Positions 48,830 to 58,595 of a stretch of 64,000 nucleotides of DNA are shown piece by piece (the stretch's first letter is position 1; every line of letters begins with the position of its first letter). Source of the stretch: Bdellovibrionales bacterium (lineage in GTDB: Bacteria > Bdellovibrionota > Bdellovibrionia > Bdellovibrionales > JAMPXM01); contig JAYUEN010000506.1 of NCBI GenBank assembly GCA_043739185.1, positions 1-64,000 of the forward strand. The letters are read 5' to 3'. A model generated the notes under the pieces. That model saw nothing but the letters and a program-made list of their open reading frames with translations. It was not told the origin of the DNA and ran no database searches. Both the position numbers and the translations under genes were made by a program.

Positions 48830-49602
48830 GTTCGAGTGATCATTCGACTTCTCAATTGAAACATCTTGCCATCATCATGGATGGCAATGGCCGCTGGGCG
48901 AAGAACCGTGGGCTCGATCGTGCCTATGGTCACGTTAGAGGGGCGCGTGTTGCTAAAAGGATTATTGAGAGTGCTGCCAATCGCGAAATTAAATTTTTAA
49001 CATTGTATGCGTTTAGCACTGAAAATTGGTTGCGTCCGCTTCAAGAAGTTAATTTTTTGATGCGACTTCTTGCCAGGCATTTGAAAAAAGAACGTCAGTC
49101 TTTGATTAAAAATAATATCCGCTTTCAGACGATTGGTGATTTAAGTAAATTGCCAGAGCTTGTTCAAACTGAAGTGCGCGAAACGATTATTGCGACCTCA
49201 ACTTGCACGGGCATGAATTTAATTTTTGCTTTGAGTTACGGCGGCAGGCAAGAACTGACCGAAGCCTTTAAGGGTCTGGCACTTCGATTGCAAAAAAAAG
49301 AAATCAATATTCAAGATATAAACGAGAAATTTGTTCAAGAACATCTTTCTACTGCTCAATTCCCTGATCCGGATTTGATCATTCGAACCAGCGGCGAATA
49401 TCGACTATCGAACTTTCTCCTATGGCAATCCGCTTATAGTGAGCTCTATTTTACGCCGACACTTTGGCCGGATTTTAAAGAACGCGACTTGCAGACTGCC
49501 ATTGATTTTTATAACAGTCGCGAGAGACGCTTTGGAAAAGTTAATTTTCATTGTGAGTCTAAGCCACGCGCCATCCTTGAAAACCAAGCCGAACAATTGT
49601 GA
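48826..49602 (+). CDS. uppS: Undecaprenyl diphosphate synthase
   Basis: HLAIIMDGNGRWA, AFSTENW.RP, IRTSGE.RLSNFL. Confidence 0.98.
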   Translation: MSSSDHSTSQLKHLAIIMDGNGRWAKNRGLDRAYGHVRGARVAKRIIESAANREIKFLTLYAFSTENWLRPLQEVNFLMRLLARHLKKERQSLIKNNIRFQTIGDLSKLPELVQTEVRETIIATSTCTGMNLIFALSYGGRQELTEAFKGLALRLQKKEINIQDINEKFVQEHLSTAQFPDPDLIIRTSGEYRLSNFLLWQSAYSELYFTPTLWPDFKERDLQTAIDFYNSRERRFGKVNFHCESKPRAILENQAEQL

Positions 49603-50423
49603 TCATTCGAAGCCTCTCTGCTCTCACTGCCATTCTCATACTTGTAGCCGCCTATATTTTTTTTCATGAGAAAGGCTTGATGGCGATTTGCTCATTGATC
49701 GCACTGGCAGGAATTTTCGAATATTCTCGCCTTAGTTTTAAACCTCAGAAAGCGCCAAATTATATTCAAGCGGCCTTTCTTATTCTCAGTACTATTATTT
49801 ATTTTGTAGTTTTGGATCAGGCTTTATTCTCGCATTTACTAATTGCTTTGAGTTCTTGTGTTTTCTTAGCAATTCCACTTTTACGTGTCACAAAGAAGGA
49901 AGATCTCAATACCACATTGCAGGTCCAAATGGCTGGACTTATGGGTTTTGTATATGTTGCTTTGTTTCCGGCCCTGGTTGTCAAAACTTTGCAATTTGAA
50001 AACGGACTCAATTGGTTTTTGTGTTTGCTTTCAATTGTTTTTGCCGGCGATACCTTTGCTTATTTGTTCGGTAAAGCTCTCGGCAAGAATAAACTTCTCG
50101 AGGCGGTTTCTCCTAAAAAGACGCTTCAAGGTTCGGCAGGTGGCCTGGTCGGCTCGATTTGTGCCGGCTGCTTATTTCAGTATTTTTGGATTCATGAGAT
50201 TCCGCTTTATCTGATGATTTTGCTTGCCGTCGTCACTGGGGTCTTTGCCCAAATCGGAGATCTTTTTGAATCCTTACTTAAGAGAATCGCCGATGTAAAA
50301 GACTCTGGCTCCATTATGCCTGGGCACGGAGGGATACTCGATCGCGTTGATGGAGTCTATTTCGCAGCTCCGGTTTTTTATATCATCGTTTTTTTCATTA
50401 CCCAAATGCGAGTTCTTGGTTAA
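49599..50423 (+). CDS. cdsA: Phosphatidate cytidylyltransferase
   Basis: DT.AY..G, SPKKT, GDLFES.LKR...VKDSG..MPGHGG.LDR.D. Confidence 0.98.
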   Translation: MIIRSLSALTAILILVAAYIFFHEKGLMAICSLIALAGIFEYSRLSFKPQKAPNYIQAAFLILSTIIYFVVLDQALFSHLLIALSSCVFLAIPLLRVTKKEDLNTTLQVQMAGLMGFVYVALFPALVVKTLQFENGLNWFLCLLSIVFAGDTFAYLFGKALGKNKLLEAVSPKKTLQGSAGGLVGSICAGCLFQYFWIHEIPLYLMILLAVVTGVFAQIGDLFESLLKRIADVKDSGSIMPGHGGILDRVDGVYFAAPVFYIIVFFITQMRVLG

Positions 50424-50586
50424 AATTCAAAAGTGTCCCATTCTGTGACACTCTCAAATCATTTTATTTTTCTTAAATTGATAAGTGATTAGATTACATG
50501 TGTAAATATTCTACTCACTGGTTTCTACCAGGACAAATCCGGGGATGACAATTTCTTGCATCATCAATTCCAAAGAGGGGTGCAAA

Positions 50587-51813
50587 ATGAAAAGCGATAC
50601 TAGGAAACGGACTTTACAGATTAAGAATGTCATCTTACTCAAAGTACTTTTGATCAGTTTTGCATTTTTCTTTAGTTTTCAAAATTGCGACAGCGGTGCA
50701 CCTCCGGCAAATAAAGTCACCGTACAGTCATACCCTGACCCCGCGCCAAGTATTCAAATAAATATTGTTTGTCCTTTGAGTGTAGTCGCCAATATTTCGA
50801 ATTCTTGTTCTGCGACTGCAACGGGTACTCTGCAATCTGGCTATTGGACAATCAACGGAACCAAACAAGCCAATCCACCAGGCGTTGTTCTTCCTGCAAG
50901 TTTTGCGTTTTCTCAACCTATCGGCAGCTATACTATTCAAGCAGTGGGACTCGATGCACAAAACAATTCTTTTTATAGTAACTCTCAAATTGTTCAGGTA
51001 AATGCGGCGGCAGCAGCTTCGGTTAGCATCAGTTGCCCAAGCGCTACTGTGAGCATGGGTCTTTCTTTGGCTTGTACGGCAGTAACAACTGGAGCAATTA
51101 GTTCTGGCTATTGGACTCTTGATGGCGTCAAAATTTTAGGTAGCGATAATCAGTTAGCCTTTAATTATAGCCCACCAAGTTCTGGGAATCACATTCTACG
51201 TGGCGTCGTTCAAGATGCTCAGAGCAATATATATTTTAGCAATCAATTGACCATTAATACGCCTGTCGCTTCGGCGGGAACACTTGCCATTACTTGTCCG
51301 GCAAGTGTCCAAGCGCCAGCGGACGGACTGTGTAGTGCTGTTGCAAGTGTTACGCTCACCTCAATTTCTTGGACAGTCAACAGCGGTATTCCAGAAGTCG
51401 GAAGCATTGTAACACCCCTGCAACATACTTGGACTTCTCCTCCAGCTGGCACTTATTCAATCCAAGCGGTAGCCTTAGATTCTTCGGGAAAGTCAATTGC
51501 AAGCAATAGACAAACAGTAACTGTAATTCCACAAGCTTCGCCTTCCATTTCAATTTCTTGTCCTACCAGCGTTGCGGTCAATACAATGGCATCTTGTACA
51601 GCTTCTGCAAATGCTTCAAGTATCTTAAACTTATCACAGCCCTATTATTGGACGGTCAATGGCACTCAGGACAGTGCGCACATTTCAACCTTTAATCCGA
51701 GCTGGTCGATAACGCCGGCAATGAGCGGAATGCAGTATACCATTCAGTTTGTGGGTTTCGATTTGGCCGGTAACTTTATAAAAAGTAATGCGATTGTGGT
51801 GAACGTCCATTGA
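50587..51813 (+). CDS. FQNC-type surface lipoprotein with four Ig-like repeats
   Basis: AGAGGGG RBS; FSFQNCD; four ~88-aa units I.CP.SV...C.A....WT.NG...G.Y.IQ.V..D....SN. Confidence 0.85.
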   Translation: MKSDTRKRTLQIKNVILLKVLLISFAFFFSFQNCDSGAPPANKVTVQSYPDPAPSIQINIVCPLSVVANISNSCSATATGTLQSGYWTINGTKQANPPGVVLPASFAFSQPIGSYTIQAVGLDAQNNSFYSNSQIVQVNAAAAASVSISCPSATVSMGLSLACTAVTTGAISSGYWTLDGVKILGSDNQLAFNYSPPSSGNHILRGVVQDAQSNIYFSNQLTINTPVASAGTLAITCPASVQAPADGLCSAVASVTLTSISWTVNSGIPEVGSIVTPLQHTWTSPPAGTYSIQAVALDSSGKSIASNRQTVTVIPQASPSISISCPTSVAVNTMASCTASANASSILNLSQPYYWTVNGTQDSAHISTFNPSWSITPAMSGMQYTIQFVGFDLAGNFIKSNAIVVNVH

Positions 51814-52042
51814 GGTTTGAAAAATTACTGACCTGTTTGGCATATCTCGCGACAAGTTACGAAGGAAATCTTTTCAGAACGAGCCATTTTGGCGCATCGC
51901 TCTTGGCTAGAAATTTGACACAGGTCTACTGGCCGGGCTGTAAACTCGACCAAAATGAATGCGCCTGCTTTTTTAACTTAAAGAACCTATTTGAAATAAA
52001 AAGTTCTGGTACTGAGAGCCCAAGAGTTCTAAAATAAAACCT

Positions 52043-53746
52043 ATGAATATACTCCATACTCTTCTCAATAAAGTCCAAGGTGTTTTTGAAGCTTCTATTC
52101 CAACTGTTGTGCTGTTGGGCATACTCATTTTTGTCCATGAGTTGGGACACTTTTTAGTTGCTAAGTATAATAAGGTTCGCGTTGAAACCTTTAGCTTGGG
52201 ATTCGGGCCCAAGCTCTTAAAATACAAATGGGGCGAGACCACATATTGTTTGTCTCTTATTCCACTTGGCGGCTATGTCAAAATGTTTGGCGACGACCCC
52301 ACGGCGGTGATTTCAGAAGAAGATAAACAGTTTTCATTCACCCATAAAAAATTAAAACAAAAAACAGCCGTGGTTTTGGCTGGGCCCTTGATGAATTTCT
52401 TTTTTGCGATTCTGATTTATACGGTCATGGCTGTTTACGGCGAGCAAGCTGTAAGTCCTGTCGTCGGTGATCTCGAAAGCGGAAGTGCGGCGGCACAAGC
52501 CGGCTTCAAAGCAGGCGATACTATTTTAAGCGTATCTGAAACTCCTATCAAAACTTGGGAAGAGCTGGATCAGAAGATTGAGGAAAATGGCGGACAAAAG
52601 TTAAAGTTCGATTTGATTCGCGAAGGAACTTCTGAAAAAACCAGTATTGAAGTCATGCCGCAAACAGTTTCAAATAAGAATATTTTGAGCTGGGACGATA
52701 AAGTTGGAGAAGTTTCGGGATTGAGCTTTTTCTCGAGAGTTAGCTTTGTCGGCATCTCATCTACAAAAAGTATTGCCTACCTCGCCGGTATGCGAACGGG
52801 TGATTTGATCGTCGAAGTGCAGGGGCAAAAAATAGATAAATGGCGCAGTCTTTTAATGCAAGTAGAGGCCGCTCGCACGCAAGAAAAAATTGAAATTAAA
52901 GTTCAGCATGATGCCGCCTGGGGTGCCTCGGACAAAGAGGCGCCAACGACTAAAATCAGCATTGATGTTCCAAAGAGTTTAGCATCGCAAACCGGAAGTG
53001 CCATTCTTGAAGAATTAGGAATTGAGTCCCCCGAAGTATTTTTGGCGGAACTTGAAAAAGATTCACCAGCGTTTAAAGCAGGAATGCAAAGAGGCGACAA
53101 AATCCTTTCAATTGATGGCAAAGAGGTTAAAAGCTTTGATGCCATTGCGAAATCAATTCAATCCTTTTCAGCAGAGAAGTCGAAGGCTCTCAACATTGTA
53201 GTCAGTCGTGAAGGTCAAGTGGTTAAAATTCCCGTACAGCCAACTTTGAGAGAGCGCTCATCTGTGCCAGGCAAAGAAGAAATTCGCTATGAAATAGGAA
53301 TCAAACCCCTCATTTCAACAACGCAGACAACATTTATTTTGTCTGCTGGCAATCCATATGAAGCCATTAAGCGAGGAATGTCCCTTACTATTAAATGGAC
53401 AGGTGCAACGGTTTTGAGTTTTGTTCGCTTAGCTCAAGCAAGAATATCTCCTAAAAATATTGGTGGCTTCTTTTCAATAGGTATGATGGCCAAACGCTCT
53501 TGGCAAATTGGTTTCTCGCAATTTTTGAGTACCATGGGAATATTATCTTTGAATTTATTTATTTTAAATTTATTGCCGATCCCAGTATTAGACGGCGGTC
53601 ATCTTTTATTTTATACGATTGAGTTCGTTCAAGGTGCACCTCTGTCACTTAAACGCATGGAGATGGCGCAACAAGTGGGAATGCTTTTGCTCCTCGGATT
53701 AATGGTTTTTGCGATGTTTAACGATATCACACGACTTTTGTCTTAA
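52043..53746 (+). CDS. rseP: RIP metalloprotease RseP with three PDZ domains
   Basis: VHELGH, FSLGFGP, PLGGYVKM, AGP, NLLPIPVLDGG. Confidence 0.97.
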   Translation: MNILHTLLNKVQGVFEASIPTVVLLGILIFVHELGHFLVAKYNKVRVETFSLGFGPKLLKYKWGETTYCLSLIPLGGYVKMFGDDPTAVISEEDKQFSFTHKKLKQKTAVVLAGPLMNFFFAILIYTVMAVYGEQAVSPVVGDLESGSAAAQAGFKAGDTILSVSETPIKTWEELDQKIEENGGQKLKFDLIREGTSEKTSIEVMPQTVSNKNILSWDDKVGEVSGLSFFSRVSFVGISSTKSIAYLAGMRTGDLIVEVQGQKIDKWRSLLMQVEAARTQEKIEIKVQHDAAWGASDKEAPTTKISIDVPKSLASQTGSAILEELGIESPEVFLAELEKDSPAFKAGMQRGDKILSIDGKEVKSFDAIAKSIQSFSAEKSKALNIVVSREGQVVKIPVQPTLRERSSVPGKEEIRYEIGIKPLISTTQTTFILSAGNPYEAIKRGMSLTIKWTGATVLSFVRLAQARISPKNIGGFFSIGMMAKRSWQIGFSQFLSTMGILSLNLFILNLLPIPVLDGGHLLFYTIEFVQGAPLSLKRMEMAQQVGMLLLLGLMVFAMFNDITRLLS

Positions 53747-54444
53747 TGCTTACTTTGGCCTTTGACACTTCTACATCGTTTGGAAGTGTCGTTTTATTCG
53801 AAAATCAAAAAATTCTTTTTGAAAAATCTTGGTTTCGTGAAAAGTCTCATTCTGAGATGTTGACCGACGCGATTGCGAGTGCCTTTCGATCCAGTTTGAA
53901 AAAGCCCGCAGATCTGCGCCGCATATGCGTGGGCATTGGTCCAGGAAGCTTTACTGGCATACGGGTAAGCGTAAACGTGGCGAGAAGCCTTGCTTATGGG
54001 CTCAATTTAAAAGTCATCTGCCTAGACCTTTTTGATCTGCTTGCTTTAAGCAACGAGCCCCAGAATACCGAGCAGCCAAAGCTCTTGGGGCTTGTCGATG
54101 CTTTTAATAATGAAATATTCTGCGCCTCCTTCGAAAAAAACAAAGGGGTCTGGAACAAAATTTCAATGTCTCAATCTAAGACATTGAACCAATTGGCTCA
54201 GGATATTCACTCTCCCCACCTATGTGTAGGCGAAGCCTATAATCAATATGAAGCTTATTTTTCAAGTGAACTGAAAAAATATTTGATTCGAGAACCTCAT
54301 GTTCATCACTTTCCACAACTAAAGAACCTCGCCTTTAAGTCTGAATTTCTCGAAGCTCACGGCTCGCCCTTGGCCTGGAATCAGGTACAGGCCCTTTATA
54401 TTAAAGCCTCAGCTGCCGAAGAGAAGTTGAAGGAATCCAAGTAG
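53746..54444 (+). CDS. tsaB: tRNA threonylcarbamoyladenosine biosynthesis protein TsaB
   Basis: LAFDTS, HSE.L, GPGSFTGIR. Confidence 0.93.
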   Translation: MLTLAFDTSTSFGSVVLFENQKILFEKSWFREKSHSEMLTDAIASAFRSSLKKPADLRRICVGIGPGSFTGIRVSVNVARSLAYGLNLKVICLDLFDLLALSNEPQNTEQPKLLGLVDAFNNEIFCASFEKNKGVWNKISMSQSKTLNQLAQDIHSPHLCVGEAYNQYEAYFSSELKKYLIREPHVHHFPQLKNLAFKSEFLEAHGSPLAWNQVQALYIKASAAEEKLKESK

Positions 54445-54478
54445 ATTTGTGATCATTATTGAATGGGGCAATTTTTAA

Positions 54479-55444
54479 GTGAAGTTTAAATCTTTAGATC
54501 ATATACATTCAAAGAAATTTTTGAACCCGGCTGGTAAGCTTGTTATCGCCACTGGTGGCGGAAAAGGCGGAATTGGCAAAAGCTTCATCAGTTCGAGCCT
54601 CGCCATTTCACTTGCTCGCATAGGTAAAAAAGTAACGCTCATCGATCTCGATTTAGGAAGCGCAAACCTTCACACATTTTTGGGAGTCAAAGTCCCAAGT
54701 CATTGCATTTCAGATTTTATTTCTGGGGCCGTGCCCGATCTAAATGACATTTCTGTAAAAACCGAAATTGACGGACTTCGTTTTATCAGTGGCTTCAATG
54801 ATTCGCTTAATATTGCGGATCTTGGAATTGATGCCCGAGAAAAATTGAAGCGAGCAATTCAAACTCTTTCAACTCCGTTTGTGGTTTTAGATCTTGGCGC
54901 AGGAACTTCTGAAAATACTCTCGATTTTTTCTTGAGTGCGGACCAAAAAATAGTTGCTGTTGTTCCAGAACCTACGAGCATTGAAAATGCTTATCGCTTT
55001 ATCAAAACTGCCTATTATCGGAAGTTGAAAGAGGCGGAATCAAATCTTGGGATTACCAAATTAATTGAAGCCGCAATGGATAATAGAAACCAACTTGGAA
55101 TCAAATCGCCTTCTGATCTTATTCATTATATTTCTAAAATTGACCCGGTTGCTGGGGCACGATTAGTTGCGAAAATATCAGATTTACATATAGAATTGGT
55201 TTTGAATCAGGTACGATCGAGAAATGATATCGAACTTGGCAATTCGATTAAATCTGTTTGTCGCAAATATTTTGGAATTGAAGCATATTTTGCTGGATAC
55301 ATTGAGTTTGATAATGCCGTTTGGCAATCGCTCAGAAAGAAAAGGCCACTTCTTCTTGAGCACCCATATAGCAATATCGTCAGTCAGTTTATGGAGATTA
55401 CTAAAAATATTATTCACGCTAAAAATGTGAAAGTTGCTATCTAA
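54479..55444 (+). CDS. MinD/FlhG-like ParA family ATPase
   Basis: GGKGGIGKS deviant Walker A, DLDLG.ANL, LDLGAG, PEPTSIENAY. Confidence 0.9.
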   Translation: MKFKSLDHIHSKKFLNPAGKLVIATGGGKGGIGKSFISSSLAISLARIGKKVTLIDLDLGSANLHTFLGVKVPSHCISDFISGAVPDLNDISVKTEIDGLRFISGFNDSLNIADLGIDAREKLKRAIQTLSTPFVVLDLGAGTSENTLDFFLSADQKIVAVVPEPTSIENAYRFIKTAYYRKLKEAESNLGITKLIEAAMDNRNQLGIKSPSDLIHYISKIDPVAGARLVAKISDLHIELVLNQVRSRNDIELGNSIKSVCRKYFGIEAYFAGYIEFDNAVWQSLRKKRPLLLEHPYSNIVSQFMEITKNIIHAKNVKVAI

Positions 55445-56203
55445 ATGATTGGGCGAAAAGATACCACTAATTACTATGAGATTCTTGAGGTTCGGACAGA
55501 CTCTGCCCAAACCGAAATCTACCGCGCCTATCAGCGTGCGAAGGCCACCTACTCACAAGAAAATCCCGCGCTCTACAGCATGTTTTCTCCTGAAGAAAGC
55601 AACGAGCTTTTGAAGTTAATTGAAGAGGCCTATTCGGTATTAAGCAATGCTGCTCTCCGAAGAAACTATGATGATAATTTAGCCTCGAGCCGTGCCGGAA
55701 TTGAAAATAATATTGCAAATTTCATTCGCGATTCGGGCGGACCCGGTCACGTTGCCACTGAACCTATGAAATCTAATTATTCTCAAAATACAAAAGCCGA
55801 AGTTGAAGATCCTTCGAAATTTCAGACTCTCGAAATGAATGACGACTACATCATTCGTCGCAAGGGAAGCGGCACTCAACTCCCAGAAGGTTTCGGTAAA
55901 ACCTCACTTTCAACTTTTAAAATCGACGCCGAAAAAGAAGAGGCCATTTCTAAAGTTGAAAATATGGATGGTGCTTTTTTAAAAATGGTTCGTGAATATA
56001 AAAATTTGAGCATTGAGAGAATTAGCGATGCCACTCGCATCAGTCGAACTTATTTGATGGCGGTTGAAGCCAATGACTATCGCGAACTACCAGCTCCAGT
56101 TTTCGTTCGCGGCTTTATTGTACAGATGGCAAGACTTCTCAATCTAGATGAAAACAAAGTCGCCAATTCCTATCTTCAAATTTATAAATCCAACAAAAAG
56201 TAA
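55445..56203 (+). CDS. J-like domain plus RodZ-type HTH protein
   Basis: NYYEILEV...EI..AY and EAY.VLS...R..YD (no HPD); G..L...RE...S...IS..TRI...YL.A.E...LP..VF.RGF. Confidence 0.85.
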   Translation: MIGRKDTTNYYEILEVRTDSAQTEIYRAYQRAKATYSQENPALYSMFSPEESNELLKLIEEAYSVLSNAALRRNYDDNLASSRAGIENNIANFIRDSGGPGHVATEPMKSNYSQNTKAEVEDPSKFQTLEMNDDYIIRRKGSGTQLPEGFGKTSLSTFKIDAEKEEAISKVENMDGAFLKMVREYKNLSIERISDATRISRTYLMAVEANDYRELPAPVFVRGFIVQMARLLNLDENKVANSYLQIYKSNKK

Positions 56204-57196
56204 ATGAGCCCAAAAAAATCGCAGAAGCTCAGCTTTTCAGTTACAGAAAATATGCTCTCTGAACGTGTCGACAAAGCACTCGCCAACATTCCTGAAATTG
56301 GCTCGCGCTCACAGGCTTTGAAGCTCTTGCAAATGGGAGCTGTACGTAAAAACGGTAGAATCATTAAACCCTCTTATAAAATTGTGGCCGGTGATTGTTT
56401 TGACCTTGATATTCCAATTATCGAAACTGAGCATCTTCTACCTTATGATTTTCCCTTGGATATTGTATATGAAGATTCCGATTTGATAGTTTTAAATAAA
56501 CCGGCGGGCCTCGTTGTTCATCCTGCTTATGGCCACGCTCAAGACACTCTCGTAAACGCACTTTTGAATTATACAACGGACCTTTCACTTGGATACAATG
56601 AAAAGCGACCCGGCATAGTACATCGAATTGATAAGGGCACAAGTGGCCTATTGGTCATCGCCAAAAACGACAACGCCCAAAGAGTTTTGGCAAAACAGTT
56701 TCAAAAAAAAACGACACATCGAATTTACTATGCAATCACATACGGAGTTTTTAAAAATAAATCAGACCGCATTCAAAGTTATTTGAGTCGACATCCGGAG
56801 AATCGACAAAAAGTCATATCAACGCCAACAGAACCCGGACGACACTCGATCACTCACTACCGAGTACTTGAAGAACATAGCGGGCTCTCTCTTGTCGAAC
56901 TCAAACTTGAAACTGGACGCACTCATCAAATTCGCGTTCATTTAAGTGAGTTGGGTCACCCCATTATTGGTGATCTCGTTTATGGTTCTGGTCGTCGATC
57001 CAAAAATTTGAAGTCCTTGAAAATTAGAGCTTTTGCCGAGCAACTGCCGCGCTTTGCTTTGCACGCTGCCGAGCTTGGCTTTGTTCATCCCAGCAGTTCT
57101 AAAGAAATGATTTTCAAAGTCGGTTGGCCTTCCGACCTTATTGAACTGGTTCGACTTTGCGGCTTTAGAGAAAATCTAACTACCGAATTGAAGTAA
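56204..57196 (+). CDS. rluD: RluA family pseudouridine synthase (RluD-like)
   Basis: S4 domain, NKPAGLVVHP, HRIDKGTSGL, GRTHQIRVH. Confidence 0.92.
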   Translation: MSPKKSQKLSFSVTENMLSERVDKALANIPEIGSRSQALKLLQMGAVRKNGRIIKPSYKIVAGDCFDLDIPIIETEHLLPYDFPLDIVYEDSDLIVLNKPAGLVVHPAYGHAQDTLVNALLNYTTDLSLGYNEKRPGIVHRIDKGTSGLLVIAKNDNAQRVLAKQFQKKTTHRIYYAITYGVFKNKSDRIQSYLSRHPENRQKVISTPTEPGRHSITHYRVLEEHSGLSLVELKLETGRTHQIRVHLSELGHPIIGDLVYGSGRRSKNLKSLKIRAFAEQLPRFALHAAELGFVHPSSSKEMIFKVGWPSDLIELVRLCGFRENLTTELK

Positions 57197-57223
57197 TTCC
57201 GCGACCATCTCAAGCTTTCACAA

Positions 57224-57814
57224 TTAGTCAGACAACCAGTGAATGCGAGCCTCGGTTTGTCGTGGAGCCTTAGGTGGATCATGATCAGGATATCCCAAAA
57301 CCAAAGCGCATAAAAGTTCGAGTCTCTTATCTTTGTATTCGGGCAAATCAGTGACACCAATAAATTCATCAACCTCTGCTCGAATTTCAAGGGGAGCACC
57401 CATGGTGCACGTCCCTAAGCCTTCTGCCACTGCTGCTAAATTCATATTTTGCACGGCCATATAAACCGAACCAATGCTGGTCAAATATCTCTCCTGGGGG
57501 TCATTGTGCGAATAACATAAAATCACCACTGGAGCATCGCCAAGTGTGAAGAAAAATCTCTCAGTAAACTGAAATAGCGAGGGCTTTAATTTCTTTTCTA
57601 GAATATCTTTGAGACCCAACCATGATTTTTGCGATAGCTTTAAATATTGATCGCGCTTCTTTCCCTGCAAAACATAAAAGCGCCAATTTTGTAGATTTTT
57701 TCCTGAAGGCGCATGCATTCCCGCTTCTATAATTTTTTGAATGACTTCCTTAGGTACCGGAGTGGCTTTGTACTTACGAATTGATTTCCGAGCTTGGATT
57801 AGTTGGTAGAGCAT
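57224..57814 (-). CDS. Nitroreductase family protein
   Basis: RKSIRKY, APSGKNLQ.W.F, A..EGLGTC, LGYP; ATG at 57814. Confidence 0.92.
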   Translation of the reverse strand: MLYQLIQARKSIRKYKATPVPKEVIQKIIEAGMHAPSGKNLQNWRFYVLQGKKRDQYLKLSQKSWLGLKDILEKKLKPSLFQFTERFFFTLGDAPVVILCYSHNDPQERYLTSIGSVYMAVQNMNLAAVAEGLGTCTMGAPLEIRAEVDEFIGVTDLPEYKDKRLELLCALVLGYPDHDPPKAPRQTEARIHWLSD

Positions 57815-57815
57815 A

Positions 57816-57882
57816 GCCAGAATGTACCTGCTTCTTTTTGGAGGCGCAATGCGCCTCCAAAAAGAAGCAGGTACATTCTGGC
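57816..57882. repeat. Perfect 67-bp palindrome (REP-doublet/REPIN-like)
   Basis: GCCAGAATGTACCTGCTTCTTTTTGGAGGCGCA-A-TGCGCCTCCAAAAAGAAGCAGGTACATTCTGGC, 33-bp arms. Confidence 0.9.
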
Positions 57883-58079
57883 ATGTCCACGCATTTGACA
57901 CTTTCAACACTCACACGACAGCTCGCTTTTATATCAATTTCTCACGTGTTTTCGATATCTTAACTTATGTCGGCTCAAGCAAGTGCAGAGATCTCATTCA
58001 GGCATCCCCCTATGAGACAGACGGCGACAGTCTAAGTCATTAATATTACTAATTTTTATTGGCCTTTTGTGGCTGGGCT

Positions 58080-58095
58080 TGGCACGAAGCTTGAA
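58080..58095 (+). promoter_or_regulatory. Candidate sigma54 promoter
   Basis: TGGCAC-GAAGC-TTGAA about 30 nt before the ATG at 58127. Confidence 0.5.
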
Positions 58096-58126
58096 TTAGT
58101 AAGAAGGAAAGCTCAATGGGGGAACG

Positions 58127-58576
58127 ATGATAAAAGCCAAAATACTCAAACTAATTTTTGTAGGCCTTCATTCGCTTTCACTTATTAGCGTTTTTTATCC
58201 CGGCATTAGAGGGGCAATTAAATCTGCATTTAAAGGCTCGAGTCGCAGTGTTTTGTCATCGGTGAATACCAAGTTAGATTCAACTGAAACTGAATACAAT
58301 ATTTTAAAAGTACGTTCGGAAGGCAATCTCTTCTTAGAAATTTACTCGACCGATTTGGTGGGGACGATTTCTCTTCTTGAAAAATATCAACTTCCGGATG
58401 ATCACGATGCCTATTTTAATTTCGGTGGAACGATGTCGAACCTTGTCGTCGCTGATATTGAAAAAACTGGTCTGCCGCAAATCGTGGTTCCAAGTTTCGA
58501 CAAAGATCTTGTTGGCCACCTCAATGTTTTTCAATTCGATAGTGGCAGCCGCAGCCTCATGAAATTCACTCGCTAA
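58127..58576 (+). CDS. Membrane-anchored hypothetical protein
   Basis: GGGG RBS, N-terminal hydrophobic segment, FG-GAP-like ADIEKTG.PQIVV. Confidence 0.8.
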   Translation: MIKAKILKLIFVGLHSLSLISVFYPGIRGAIKSAFKGSSRSVLSSVNTKLDSTETEYNILKVRSEGNLFLEIYSTDLVGTISLLEKYQLPDDHDAYFNFGGTMSNLVVADIEKTGLPQIVVPSFDKDLVGHLNVFQFDSGSRSLMKFTR

Positions 58577-58595
58577 TCCGTCAAAGACAAATCAC

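Noticed and set aside
57815..57910. N-terminal extension of the nitroreductase given by the ORF track
   Set aside because: Extension is just the palindrome read in frame; family homology starts at the ATG at 57814
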